Source: Azolla caroliniana
Taxonomy: Eukaryota; Plantae; Polypodiophyta
Reading direction: 5' to 3'
Assembly (NCBI GenBank): GCA_043228905.1
Contig: JBHGNT010000016.1
Location: 3,348,001-3,412,000, forward strand
DNA length: 64,000 nucleotides
Shown here: positions 38,501-49,816 of the stretch, piece by piece
How positions within the stretch are numbered: the first letter of the stretch is position 1
How the letters are laid out: every line of letters begins with the position of its first letter
Translations under genes and position numbers: made by a program
The notes under the pieces: generated by a model
Database searches by the model: none
Told to the model about the DNA's origin: nothing
The model's input: the letters and a program-made list of their open reading frames with translations, nothing else

Positions 38501-39737
38501 GTATATATGGTTCTCTAAAGCTGTACCTGTAAATCATCCAGTCTGTATCTTGAATTGATGAGATGATGTCTAAATCTGCCCTATCACATGCATAGGAATG
38601 TGACATGTTTTTTCCTGCGCTTGGTTTAATAATGAAACCATCAGAGACATATGCAAGAGGAGGAATTTATCATTGGGTATAATTTTACCTAGTTCCACTT
38701 TGAATTGATCCAAGCTTGGTTTGTGTCCATTTCAATGATATCTGTCCTAATCATTTTACTTGTGCCTTAGCCATATCCAAAAATGGAACTCAAATACTCA
38801 AATGGTGGGGAAATACATATTCATGCCATGTACTTCGAACCAATATTTCAATTGTGAGTACCAACAATTGGTTTCACCTTCCTCTGCTACTTGTATAGAT
38901 GACCCAATATCCAGCTGTGGACAACAATGCCTAAGTAATTCCCATATTCAATGTACAAAAGTCAAAGTTTTAAAAAGTGTCTCTGCAACTACTGGGGATG
39001 CTCCCTACTCAGTTCTAACTATCTCATGGGGTACTATTTCATATCATGGGGGGGGAAATCATTGCAACTAATGGCATCTCGATGTTTCTCCAATCTTGTG
39101 CATTGAAGAGGCTTGGTTCCTGTATCTCTGCTCCATACAAGAGGGTAGGTGTGGCCAATGTATTGAACATTCATTGCTTGGTACATAGTTCTAGCTGCGT
39201 AGCCTCTAGAGAGCGTGGCAGTGGATGCCTCTTCAAGGAGAAGCAAGGTTTTTTTTTCCATTCCTTGCAAACATACCTGGGATTATGTCAATTATTTTCT
39301 ATATAGATTGATAAGGCGGCATTTTAGCATTGCTTTTACATTCCTAGATGTATTCCTTGCAAATATTTCCATTTTTAAGTGATGGTACTATGTAGATACA
39401 CATGTGAAGCTAATGTCCTCTCATCTTACAAGACTTTTAGTTGTAATTTTTATTATTAAATTACAATCAAAGAAATGTTTCCCCCTAATAACAGCATTAA
39501 TTTTTAGAACTTTCAAGCTAAATTTCCACCTATACACTTCATAAAATCACAATAACAGAATGAGATCTTTTGAAATGATAATTCCAATTCCCTCCATGTT
39601 ATGTTCTTTAAAGTGGGTTTTGTCTGAAAATATGTGGATGAAAAGGATAGGGAAACAGAGTCAATAGGTACCAGCTTAATCGTTGACTCTGAGACGTAAT
39701 CAGTGGCAGGCCATGTTTTGTCTCCCATAGTTGACAT
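20598..39737 (-). CDS. GBA2: Non-lysosomal glucosylceramidase (GBA2, glycoside hydrolase family GH116), 18 coding exons, 1041 aa
   Basis: Exons (minus): 39737-39672, 37437-37327, 37154-37098, 35047-34974, 34868-34769, 34674-34604, 33168-33068, 32949-32846, 32769-32716, 32603-32548, 32463-32425, 25583-25436, 24418-24234, 24162-24095, 23111-23039, 22962-22901, 22819-21199, 20733-20598. All introns GT-AG, phases consistent, 3126 nt total. Motifs [98 protein letters not shown]. Confidence 0.95.
20810..21168. mobile_element. hAT-type MITE in the last GBA2 intron
   Basis: Imperfect TIRs TAGGAATTGGCAACAGTT / AACCATTGCCCATTCCTA. 8-bp TSD GCTACAAA / TCTACAAA (7/8). Dense AACCG/CGGTT subterminal motifs. 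Confidence 0.8.
23370..24000 (+). mobile_element. 3' fragment of a LINE (C-terminal Cys/His knuckle plus 3' UTR) in a GBA2 intron
   Basis: Reads [25 protein letters not shown]. Collinear with the copy at 30997-32157 ([19 protein letters not shown]). Confidence 0.65.
24690..24850 (-). pseudogene. Copia reverse-transcriptase fragment in GBA2 intron 12
   Basis: DDTLI...[17 protein letters not shown]...[10 protein letters not shown] resembles the Copia RT pattern YVDD...F.MKDLG.A.Y.LG.EI....L.LSQ..Y. Confidence 0.7.
27017..27303. repeat. Tandem duplication 2 x ~143 bp in GBA2 intron 11
   Basis: ACTCCCTGTGGATAGGGA...AGAAATTTCTCAAAGTTTAAATGGG occurs twice head-to-tail. Confidence 0.85.
27462..28315 (+). 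mobile_element. Probable solo LTR (~850 bp)
   Basis: Begins TGTGATGTGA and ends TCAGATCA(TG), an imperfect terminal inverted repeat. Internal CCTATAAAAGGGAG TATA box. No TSD found. Confidence 0.4.
28440..30077 (+). mobile_element. 5'-truncated degraded LINE (RT to 3' end) in GBA2 intron 11
   Basis: Motifs G.NQGCPLS, LLLYVND (YADD region), [28 protein letters not shown]...ENEYH. Ends in (ATCT)n. Internal ~144-bp duplication ~28844-29130. Many stops and frameshifts. Confidence 0.8.
30550..30996 (-). mobile_element. hAT-type MITE copy (reverse orientation, left end eroded)
   Basis: Reverse-complement homologue of 53234-53658, with the same central AT-rich block. Right terminus GAACTGTTGCCAGTTGTCA. 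Confidence 0.75.
30997..32157 (+). mobile_element. LINE 3' fragment interrupted by a solo LTR
   Basis: [23 protein letters not shown] knuckle. Homologous to 23370-24000. The tail ...TTGGCCTCTTAAAA.GACATTAAT also occurs at ~35810-35940, ~36465-36550 and ~54480-54625. Confidence 0.7.
31400..31850 (+). mobile_element. Solo LTR (451 bp)
   Basis: TGTTA...TAACA termini. Perfect 5-bp TSD CTCAT (31395-31399 and 31851-31855). TATA box GCTATAAATA near 31575. Confidence 0.88.
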
Positions 39738-39826
39738 TTCAAGATGCGTATTGCTGCGCAATATGCTTATGATAAATCTGAATGATTTGTCTGATGTTTC
39801 GAAAGACGATCAAACCCTTATGCTCC

Positions 39827-39829
<3 letters not shown>

Positions 39830-39861
<32 letters not shown>

Positions 39862-40074
39862 CCAAATATGTACATATAGCGAACCGTAGCACGGTCTCCA
39901 TCATATAACAAACAAGTCATGAATTCAGGAATATGTCACTTAGAGAGAGAGAGACAGAGAAAGAGAAGCCAAGTATGTATAGGGAGCCCGTAGCACGGTC
40001 TTCATCATATATGTAACAAACAAGTCATGAATTCAGGAAAATGCCATATGTGTATGTGTAGTGAGTATGGTGTA

Positions 40075-40147
<73 letters not shown>

Positions 40148-40202
40148 GTGTCTATGTATGTGTATGTGTCCGTGTATGTGTCCGTGTATGCGTATGTGTA
40201 TG
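39830..40202. repeat. ~100-bp direct duplication with (GA)n plus (TATGTG)n microsatellite immediately upstream of GBA2
   Basis: (GA)n-GCCAA.TATGTA..CCGTAGCACGGTCT.CATCATAT..AACAAACAAGTCATGAATTCAGGAA occurs twice (~39830-39931 and ~39941-40040), followed by a (TATGTG)n run. Confidence 0.85.
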
Positions 40203-41278
40203 AAATTACCAAGTATACCTCCTGTTTTTTGTAATTCTCAAAATACCCCTCCCCCCCCATTACAAAACATGTTCACTGATTTTTTGGAGGAGTTTATCAA
40301 TAACTAGACGCTAATGGCCATTAGTGTCTATGCAGTTTTTAGGGGTAAGGGAGGAGGTGCAACCATTTATGGGAGATCTTGAGTATTATGACTACTTATT
40401 ACATCTAGAAGGGTCGATGCTCTCTCGTTTTTCATCGAGTTAGAGCCTCACCAACCGAATTAGTAATAATATTTGGTTGGACATGGTTCATACTTTGAAA
40501 GGTCAATGGGATTGTATTATTGGATATTCTATCGATAAAGTTGCTTAATGTCGTCGATTTCTTGCTCTGTGGAAAGTTACTCCAGTTATGTCCTTCAAGA
40601 GTGACACTCCTTTTTGGCACTTTTAGCCACCAAGATGGTTGTTCCCTCCGCCAATCACTTCGGAATCAAAACTTTGTAATTTGATTACCCTTATGAATGG
40701 ATATCTTTTCACAAAAAAAAGACTTGACGCTAATGGAAGATATAAGCTCACCATCCCTTAACAATAGCTACTACAAAACAAGTTCACAACTTATTCAAAG
40801 GAATTTGTCAATACATCATACCATTGTGCTAATGGAAGGGATACCCTCGCCATCCCGTAACATTCAACGACTCCCTAGGTGCAACATGACACAATATCAT
40901 GCACTCGTTAACCGGGGGTTTTAAGCACTTGTCATATGCTTCACTTTCCATGGTGTCCTAACCATGTGACATGGGCATTGATACCAAATGGGACAAAGCA
41001 ACATTATGGTGGGTCGAATATTCAAAAGAGATCGATAGTCGCGTTGCATTGTGCAAGATGTGGTGGATGATTGGAAACGGTTCCACTCTTATTATGGACT
41101 TCCTCATTCACTACAACATTTGTACAAAGACTAAGTGCATCTCTTTATCAGAGATTTCCTGGGCGAATGTAGCTTTGGATATTTTGACAAATTCTGTGTG
41201 CTCTATCCAATAATGCCTGTTTTCTCCAATGGACACGATTTTGGGCACTCTAGACCATTTGGACAGCCCGCAATAATA

Positions 41279-41511
41279 AGGTCTTTGATCGAAACCAACT
41301 GAATGAAGTTAGCTTCTTTAAGCAATCCCTCAAGCAATCTCTATTTGATTGTCTGCAACTTAGAGACATCACATAGAGACATCACACTGCAAATTTATAG
41401 TCATTACTTTGAGTGCTTTTAAGCTCTTCAGTGTCTAATCGACACTTGTATATTTTTCTTTATTCTTTGTGGGTTTTCACCTACCTTTAAGGTTTCCCAC
41501 TAGTAATAAAA
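41279..41511 (+). repeat. Dispersed repeat copy A (inverted partner of 47009-47230); possible Helitron 3' end
   Basis: Reverse complement of 47009-47230 over ~220 bp. Ends ...GGTTTCCCACTAG|TAATAAAA. Contains a 13-bp internal duplication TAGAGACATCACA. Confidence 0.8.
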
Positions 41512-42767
41512 GTGTTACTAAAAATAAAACGGCCAAATAATGTGTGTGATGTATACATATATAAACAAGTCATTTTTGTGTTCTTTTCAGCTTCTTTTTC
41601 TGATTTTCATTTGGAACTAGAGTCCCAAGTTTGAATCTTTGATATTGGAGCTCTTGTTTGGTTTCCACAAGTGAAAATGAGTGTAGCGTTATACATTTCT
41701 TGTGTCTTCTTTAAGCAATTATTTAGTTTTTTGAGGATAGGTTAAGTTTTTCATTTGTACATTCAACTAACTATTTAAGGTGCTAGACTAACCATGTAGC
41801 AAACCTCAATAGAAAAATCACATCTTGAATGTTTGAGCTACTAGTCAATGCTACATAGCATATAGTATATACTGCAAACATGTAATTCAAATGCTTAATT
41901 TTATAAAGTTGGCATAAAAGGTGTGTTAAATTTTATAAATGTCCACTACTGCTTGATTATTAAAGACAATTATCACTTTCATGTGATATTTGCCCAACAT
42001 AATGCTAGCTCATGTTCAGCTTGAATGATATGTAACTTTATAGTGCTTTCATACTTATTGGTCAATCCAGCATAAAGAAAACATAAACAATAATCTCAGC
42101 AATAATGATAGGTTTCTTTTTTTGTGAAAATACACAGTTTTATTAATAAATGTGTGAGAAAATCACTACGTTAATTCAAATCACTGTAGGAACATATGAC
42201 AAAAGATATCTTGTTTTGTCATATGCTTTAGCTCCTTCAAAGTAATATTAAATGGTTGTTGCAACTTGCAAGACACCTGATACTCACAAGTTAGAAATGA
42301 GGGTAATCATTTGTGCAAAACCACCTGATTAATTTGGAAGATAGAATAATTGACTTCAACACAATTGAATTAGTTCACATACTTTCTTCTTACATTTGTT
42401 TTGAGATCAATCTAGAAATCTGAACCTTGGGCCATGTGACTTGGTCTTGTTAAAATTGATCACCAGAATATAAATCCATGCTAACCCAGCAAGTTGTCAT
42501 TTGGTTGCAAGTGTTTCTTTCCAAACTAATGCAGCTGGAAAAAGTATTGTGGAGACAAGCAAGGCGAGTGCACCACATAGAATTGAATCTAAGAGAAGTC
42601 AAATAAATAAACAGAACGACAACAGATGGATATATTGGCTTTCTTGTTATCTTCAATCGACCCTTTATTCTAGAACCTCTTAGAAATTTCACCATATTTT
42701 TTGTAGCATATGGGAGCAATAAAATATGCACGAAATTACTGGGCGTTAGTTGTAACTTTTTTTTATT

Positions 42768-45700
42768 TTAATCTATTTGTAGTAGGGCATCATGCTTAGG
42801 TTTGCTCATTAATTGATACAGTGCAGCTCCTCCTTGATGACAACCGGGCATTTTTTCTATCACATCTGGTAGTTCCTCCTGCATACAAGGATAACATATT
42901 AACGAGAAAATTTATAATGCAAAATGATGGCTATATTTTACTTTTGGATAAAATGTCAATTTATGGATGAAAAATAGATGTTATCACCTTTGCGATACTC
43001 AGAAGCTGAGTGGATTCAAACCCATGTTGTGCATCCTTGTAGAACTGCAAAACCTCTGATGATGATGCAGAACATGCCATAAAAAAGAAAGCTGTGGGCC
43101 GGACATTAACAATGCGTCGAGAAATTCCAATGAATAATGGATCACTCTGAAATGTTAAATTGTGACCAGTAAGCAAAAACAAGATCTTGGGTTTCCACTT
43201 AAAAAAAATATGGATCTTATGAATGATAGGAACTGGTTCTAAATATCCATGCTGCTGATGAAACTATAGTAAATGGCGAAGGAAAGGAAATGTCCCTCAT
43301 TCCTGAACAATTGGAACATCCCAAATTTTACAACAAAACGAACAGTAGGCAAGTATATCTGTCTTCAGACTAGAAACACTCAAAGAAGAAGACACAGAAA
43401 TATTGTCCTCTACATCTTTTGAGGTATAACAAGAATTTATAAACACGATGCACATACACATACACACAGTATTCCACATATGCTAAACATAAAAAATGTG
43501 GGAAGTTACCAGAAATGCAGCTGGGATCCCAGTCTCCTCTACAACTTCTCTTATAATTCCATCAAACATCTCTGCCGCAATGACTCTGTTCAATGCTTCC
43601 TTATCGTCCATTGCATTATTTAAATGTCCAGATATTCCTACCTCAGAGGGCTTTAAAATAAAATTCACATAGTAAGTACGAAGGGGTTCCTTAATTGGAA
43701 AATCTTACGCAATGAAAAAGATTCTGAACAGAGCAAACCTCGGAATGTCCTCCTGGAAACACAAAATGTCCAGGAAATTCTCCGACATTTTCACTTCTTC
43801 TTAGCAACAGAATGCAATTGTCCTTGGTTTCAATGACAGCACCATTTCCAAGTGGACTTGCTGTATGTTTGCATTTTTCTATGTCATCTAGTATATGATA
43901 CCAAACCACTACTTAGAAACGTAAAAGACCTACAGAAAGAAAAACCGAAAATTTGTTTATGGCATTCAGAAAGAAGGAAAAGAGAGAGATGTTACCATCT
44001 CTGAAAGCTCACAATTTCCACCAATGTTGGATACAATGGGATGCATTGCATTTAAAACAAAACTTCACTGTAAAACCTTGTCTAATGAAGTCCCGAGCTT
44101 CCAAATTAATAAGAGTGCCTAAGTATTTTCTACTTGAAAACAAAACTACAGATGCAAATGGACATGAATCCCTAGAAGAAGTAGACAAAAAATTCATACT
44201 TTCTTTACAAAGGAGAGCTAAGGATGAAAAAAGGTTACAAACAGACATATAAAATTGTAGAAAAAGAAATTTCCCGCAGCAAGGATTTATTGAAATACAT
44301 ACGTTGTGTTTTTTCTTTTTTACCTACATTGACATACTCAGACACTACTACTTTTTTTTGGTATGAGCAAGACAACTCAAACTCCAATTTTCCCAAAATC
44401 ATAAATCAAAAATCATATACATAGAACTCACAATGATAAGTTCTAATAATGAAGTCTTACCCAATAAGAATTAGGGCTAGCCCGAAGGAAACAGTACTGC
44501 ACTTTATTTTACTGTTACAATGATATTTTGAGATAACTAAGGCTCTACTTTGAGAATTCTCCGAAGCATTAAGTATCTAATATACTTGCATGAAAAACAA
44601 GAAGAAAGTGAACTCAACAATAAAGTCTTCAAAGAAGATTTTATAGCATTCCTGGCCTGGGTAGGCTCAACATATTCTAGATATCAACAAGAGAGTAAAG
44701 AAACAAAATAATTATTGTCTACTTACAAAATACATCAATTCATCAATAAGATAATCCCAAAAAATCAGTATTCACGTACCTTCCAAACAATTTAAGAACT
44801 CCTTCCATTGTGGGGACAAGTTTGTTCCAACAAAAGTCCTGCACATAATCCATGATATCTCCCCTTTATGCAGCATCTGTAGCAATTTAAGAATCATAAA
44901 TAATCATAGTCCATACTTGTAGTCTGTAAGTCCAAGACAAATGTAGATGCTTTCACTTTCATCCTCCCTTAAAGAAATTCTGTATCCTCCATACTGCATG
45001 ACAAGGAAAAATGTAAAAAGGGTCAATTCCTACATATTGTAGAACATTATGGAAGAAGCATTATCATTATCTTGAATAAACACTCACATTATGGTGATAA
45101 CACAGAAGGTTTTATGATCAGAAAAGCAAAAGTAATGCCTGAGTTGTGTAGGCATCTCAGTAATTAGAGAAAATTTACAGCTTGGATTATTTAAAAGAAC
45201 ATAAAAGTGTTACATTTATTAGCATATGGGAAATACTCTGAATTTTGAGGCAATGAATAATGATGGGTTCTTCTTCAGTCGTTCTGCCCAGACCTACATA
45301 AATAACTAAGGTAAATTAAAATTTTAGGGTTAAAAAATCAGCTCATATAAAACGATAAAACAACAAATGTCATTTGACTAACATTTTCAATGGATGTTTC
45401 AAGGCCAAGATCAGGGTGAGGCACTCTGTCATACAAATAACTAAAATCAACTTTTAGCTGCAAAAAGAAAACATCAAAATATGAGCTAATTCAATGAATA
45501 ACCATGAATGGCAAGTTGATAGCCTGGCCAGTTTCCTTCTAGAATGTGGTGTAGAGCATCAGAAAGGTTTCTTTTATTTTTGAACAAGAACTCTCATCAT
45601 TTGTATCTCTACCTCTCAATTAATCCAGGGTATAAGGAATTCTCCATAGTTATACTCTCAATCACTTGCAAGAACTTGAAATATATAAATATATACCACT

Positions 45701-46806
45701 CCCCCTCTCTCATGATTGGCAAAGGTCAATCATGATTATACATACGTTCAAGCTATTTAGTTTTAGGAAGCTAGAGAACATATTTCTTTAATTGGTCATG
45801 TTGAACAGCAAAGACTAATGGTTGTAACTTTTATTAGGACTCATGAGACATTATGGATTTTAAACCATGTTGCTATATCTTTCATTGTTTTTTCCCTGTC
45901 CTGTTTTTCAAAAAACTTTCACTGTATTACGAAAACTTTCAAGCATGGAATATATAGGTCGCACACATTGCGATGAAAACAACGTGGAACATGCCTTGTG
46001 TTTGGCATCTACTATGCAAACCACAGTAAGACCAAGTAACAAGTTTGACTTTTCAAAAATTACTCCCATACAGCTTGTTGATTACCAATCATACTTCAAT
46101 TAAAATTTTATTATGTCCTAAAGTTTGATAGCCTTTCTCTAAAGCCTCAATTTAAGTTTTATTTTCTTAAAAAAATTGAGGCAAGCATATTTGTTAGTTG
46201 TCCTTCGGAGACATATAAAACCAATAACATAATTTCACACAATTAGAGGATAGGATCACCAAAAACACATTTTGCGCATGTGTGGTTGGGACGTTTACAT
46301 GTATATACACATGTGTGCATGCATATATGCATGAAGATGAGACCTCAGGTGTTTTTTATTCCTTTCGAACAGAAAACACCGCAACCTGATTTACATAGGT
46401 CTACGTAGATCTGTATATATCTTTGTCAACCCATTCACTTCATAAGTGGAACTTCCTCTTATCATAGCAATAACATATATATGTCTTGGAGCACTACTCT
46501 CCCCAGGGACCTCGTAAGTCAGCAATATAGGATGTTATTCTGTTTTGAACGAAAATTTTGAGGTTTGAACGCTTTTAAACGAGAAAAAATGGGTATAATC
46601 CAACCAAGAGGTGCATTTCTTTTTTTTTGCATGTTAGCAGTACTTGAGAAAGAAGTCTCCACTTCTGGGAGTGTATATTGAGTTACCTTGTGTTCCTATA
46701 CAATCCACAAACAAAGAAAGTGGTCATGAGAGGCAGGCAGAGAGGCAGAGAGACTTACCTGTGATCGGGAAAGGCCAGAGGGGCATGTGAGGAGTAACTC
46801 TGCCAT
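42768..46806 (-). CDS. NUDX9: Nudix hydrolase 9-like (plant NUDX9 / animal NUDT22 family nucleotide-sugar pyrophosphatase), 9 exons, 291 aa
   Basis: Exons (minus): 46806-46759, 45457-45383, 45293-45237, 44993-44917, 44838-44780, 43887-43739, 43650-43510, 43146-42988, 42878-42768. GT-AG, 876 nt in frame. Motifs LLLTCPSGLS, YDRVPHPD, KFRYGG, LGLTDYKTFVGTN, PLGNGAVIET, VFPGGHSEP...REVVEETG, MPGCHQGG. Confidence 0.93.
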
Positions 46807-47008
46807 GGTCAAATCGGAAAAATATTGAAAGAAATGCAGAGAAGATATATATAGATCATAGATTTATATACACATGTATGTATGATCGATTGCTCTGTTC
46901 TTGGGTTCGAATCCAGCTATGGTATATCTCATAAATTTTCAGGTAGAGCTGCTTTTTTTTTCAGAGGCTCCTCCTTCCTTGTGAGAGCCAAGTTATGACT
47001 TGTCTGCA

Positions 47009-47230
47009 TTTTTATTACTAGTGGGAACCCTCAAAGTGAGGCGAAAACCCACAAAGAATAAACAGAACTATACAAGTGTCGATTAGACACTGAAGGGCTT
47101 AGAAGCACTCAAAGTAAAGAGTGTAAATTTGTACTGTGATGTCTCTAAGTTGCAGACAATCAAACAGAGATTTCCTTGACAGATTGCTTAAAGAAGCTAA
47201 CTTCATGGAGTTGGTTTTGATCAAAGACCT
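47009..47230 (-). repeat. Dispersed repeat copy B (inverted partner of 41279-41511), ~200 bp upstream of the Nudix ATG
   Basis: On the minus strand it ends GTGGGTTTTCG-CCTCA-CTT-TGAGG-GTTCCCACTAG|TAATAAAA (short hairpin followed by CTAG). Confidence 0.8.
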
Positions 47231-49553
47231 CCTCTGTGTGTTGTCAAGAGTTGGTCGTCGTTCCGTGCTCTTTGGATGTCCAATGAGATGAGCCGCTATG
47301 TCAAACTTAAAACAATATGTCATCCTTCTTATGAAACTATTTCAGTCATGACAACCTTTTACAACCCTCCATGTTTTCCCCTCGCCACTTCTAGCGAAGA
47401 TATTTAAAAGGATATTTACGCATCTTTTGGATCCTGAAAAGGTTTTTCCCTCTAGCACTAATGCATGAGACGAACCAATCAAAACATTATTTGTTGTGAA
47501 CTTGCTAAAAAATAATAACCTACATGGAGGTTGCCCTTTTTGTTACTTGTGGGTATCTCAGTTGTCATTGTACACTTATTGATGACAATTTCCTATTTGT
47601 AAGTTTGGAATGCTTATCATTGTCCATCTTCTTAGTATGGATAAAAAATTAAGCTTTTGTGGACAATATAGATATCATGCAACCCATTGCATATTAGACT
47701 TCTTGTTTTCACGTAATGCAATCTTTACATTCTTGGCACGCGGCCCAACTTAGCCTTTTTTTCTGTAGCGAGGACATTCTTGCATCGAGCAAATTATTAT
47801 TGTTCCTTATGTCTCCACAGTGCATGGCCTTTTTAACTGTCCACCCAGTGCCACTACCCACCTCTACTAAGGTGATGGATGGTAAATGCGAGAGATGACA
47901 ATAACACAACATGACATAGAAAGATTCAAATGTGAAATGTGGCTTTTTGCCGTACTATATCAAAAAAAATTAATGTAATATATTTAATTGAGGTCGTGCA
48001 TTGTTAATGCTCATTTTGCATAAGGCAAGTGATGAGAGTGTATTTAATGTATTTCGCATTATAAATGCATTTCACGATTTTTGCTAAAAAATGGATTTAC
48101 AACTTTCAATAAACAATAAGTGTCATCATGTAGAGGTTATGGCTCAATATTTGGTTGATATATTCCTTTGTTTGTTTGCATGTGCTTCTTTGGCAACAAA
48201 CATGCCTAGTAAAAAAACAATTGAAAGCGATGCAATAAGTTAAAATTTCAACTCATTTTGTTTTAGGAAGCTACCATATCAATGTTTTCCTTCTCCTTCT
48301 TCTTTTGTTACTTGCATTAATGAGTTAATATATACAATTGTAACCTTAGTTAGGTCTCATAGACTATTATGGTGTTTCTCTCACTTGCCCATGTCAAGGA
48401 TGATTTTGTAAGTTTAATATATTGTAACACAAAGTTCAATTAGATTGTCTCTTTTTTCATAATGGGCCTACACTAGTTGTAGTATATTTAGACCATCAAC
48501 TAGGAGCATTGCATTAGAATCCTTGATTCGACACATCTTTGTATCATATGTCACTTCTCCCATTCAATGCATGGACTTGATTCTCATTCACAAAACCAAT
48601 GGGATGTCATCACACTGTGAAAATGACATATCATGATTAATGAGTAGAAGGACAACCAAGAATTGTTATTGGATCGGTAGACAATATATCTTTCCTCTCA
48701 TTCCTTTTTTTCCCTTCATATTAGGGTAGTCATAAATGGTAAGCCATGTTTTATTATTCGATTCATTCAAGTTAAAGTATCACTAATTGTAGAAAATGCG
48801 GACTCATGAATTTAACTTTTGGGTCTCATTTTGATAACCTTACTATCCAAGATCAACAAAGAATAGAAAAGTGTCACATAACTGATATTCCGTAGAGCTA
48901 GAAAACCATGTATTGATGGTGTGCCTATGTGAAGGGAAATTCTTTTGAATGAGTGGGAGTGGTGATCCAACAAATCAAAGCCATTTGGACAAAAGAAACA
49001 TCAATCAACTTTTAATAATTTATTTTGCTAAACCATTAGTTGATCACTTTCTTTCTTTCTTTTTTGTTGACAACACATAATACATGCGAGCATGAATAAG
49101 AATCTCTCGACCACATTGCTCGCACTGGGAGAATTGACTTATCGGATTGCATTCATCACAAACACATGGAAAGAGCTCATGGTACCGAGTGATATATATA
49201 TATATAATAGGAGAATCATCCATGTACGAGGAAGGTGGTGATATGCAACGTGCGTATGAAGAGATGGATTTGCACAAAGCTTGTAAACGTCCCACTCTAC
49301 TATATACATAATACAACTCTACCATCAACGGCATTCGGGTTTGCGGTTCTCGACTTGGCCAACATGGGGACCCAACCATAGCACACCCTTTTACTTGTTC
49401 TCTCACGGTAACACTCATCTACACCGATCTGTAAAGGAACGATGAAAAGAACTGAAAAGGAACATCGGGAGTCAAAAATGAAGGAGCTCCACACGCGCAT
49501 GCACACACACACACGCCCACAGGATGTCGATGTCCCGGACCGTCTGCCCCCGT

Positions 49554-49671
49554 CCAATGGCAGGCCGCCACGTGGAGATGCCCATCCAATAGCAGAATGC
49601 CACGTGGGCCTGCGTCCCCACCAAAGGGAGGACGCCACGTGGAGCTAGGCCAATGGCAACGCGCCACGTGG
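49554..49671 (+). promoter_or_regulatory. Four tandem CCAAT-N9-CCACG(TGG) units (ERSE-I-type / CCAAT + G-box composite)
   Basis: 49554 CCAAT-GGCAGGCCG-CCACGTGG; 49586 CCAAT-AGCAGAATG-CCACGTGG; 49621 CCAAA-GGGAGGACG-CCACGTGG; 49650 CCAAT-GGCAACGCG-CCACGTGG. Located ~150-260 bp upstream of ATG 49817. Confidence 0.8.
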
Positions 49672-49816
49672 CTGTTTGCGTCAGGCATTTCATCCCAAAA
49701 TATTGCGTTCCTCTGTGTGTTTTTCTGGCCTTCCGAAGTATTTAGTTTCTCTCGACTTTTCCGTCGATTTTCCTGCGTCGTCTCTGTCGCCCGCTTCACG
49801 CCGTCTCAAGCTTTCC

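Noticed and set aside
43510-43760. Nudix box split by a ~30-aa insertion
   Set aside because: As far as I recall this is a normal feature of the NUDX9/NUDT22 family.
13063-46806. Lectin kinase + glucosylceramidase + sugar-nucleotide hydrolase as a glycan gene cluster
   Set aside because: No shared pathway or regulatory evidence in the sequence; adjacency in a plant genome is not sufficient.
46900-46915. GGTTCGAATCC B-box-like motif (also GGGTTCGATCCC near 5620)
   Set aside because: No A-box or cloverleaf around it, so no tRNA or SINE can be supported.
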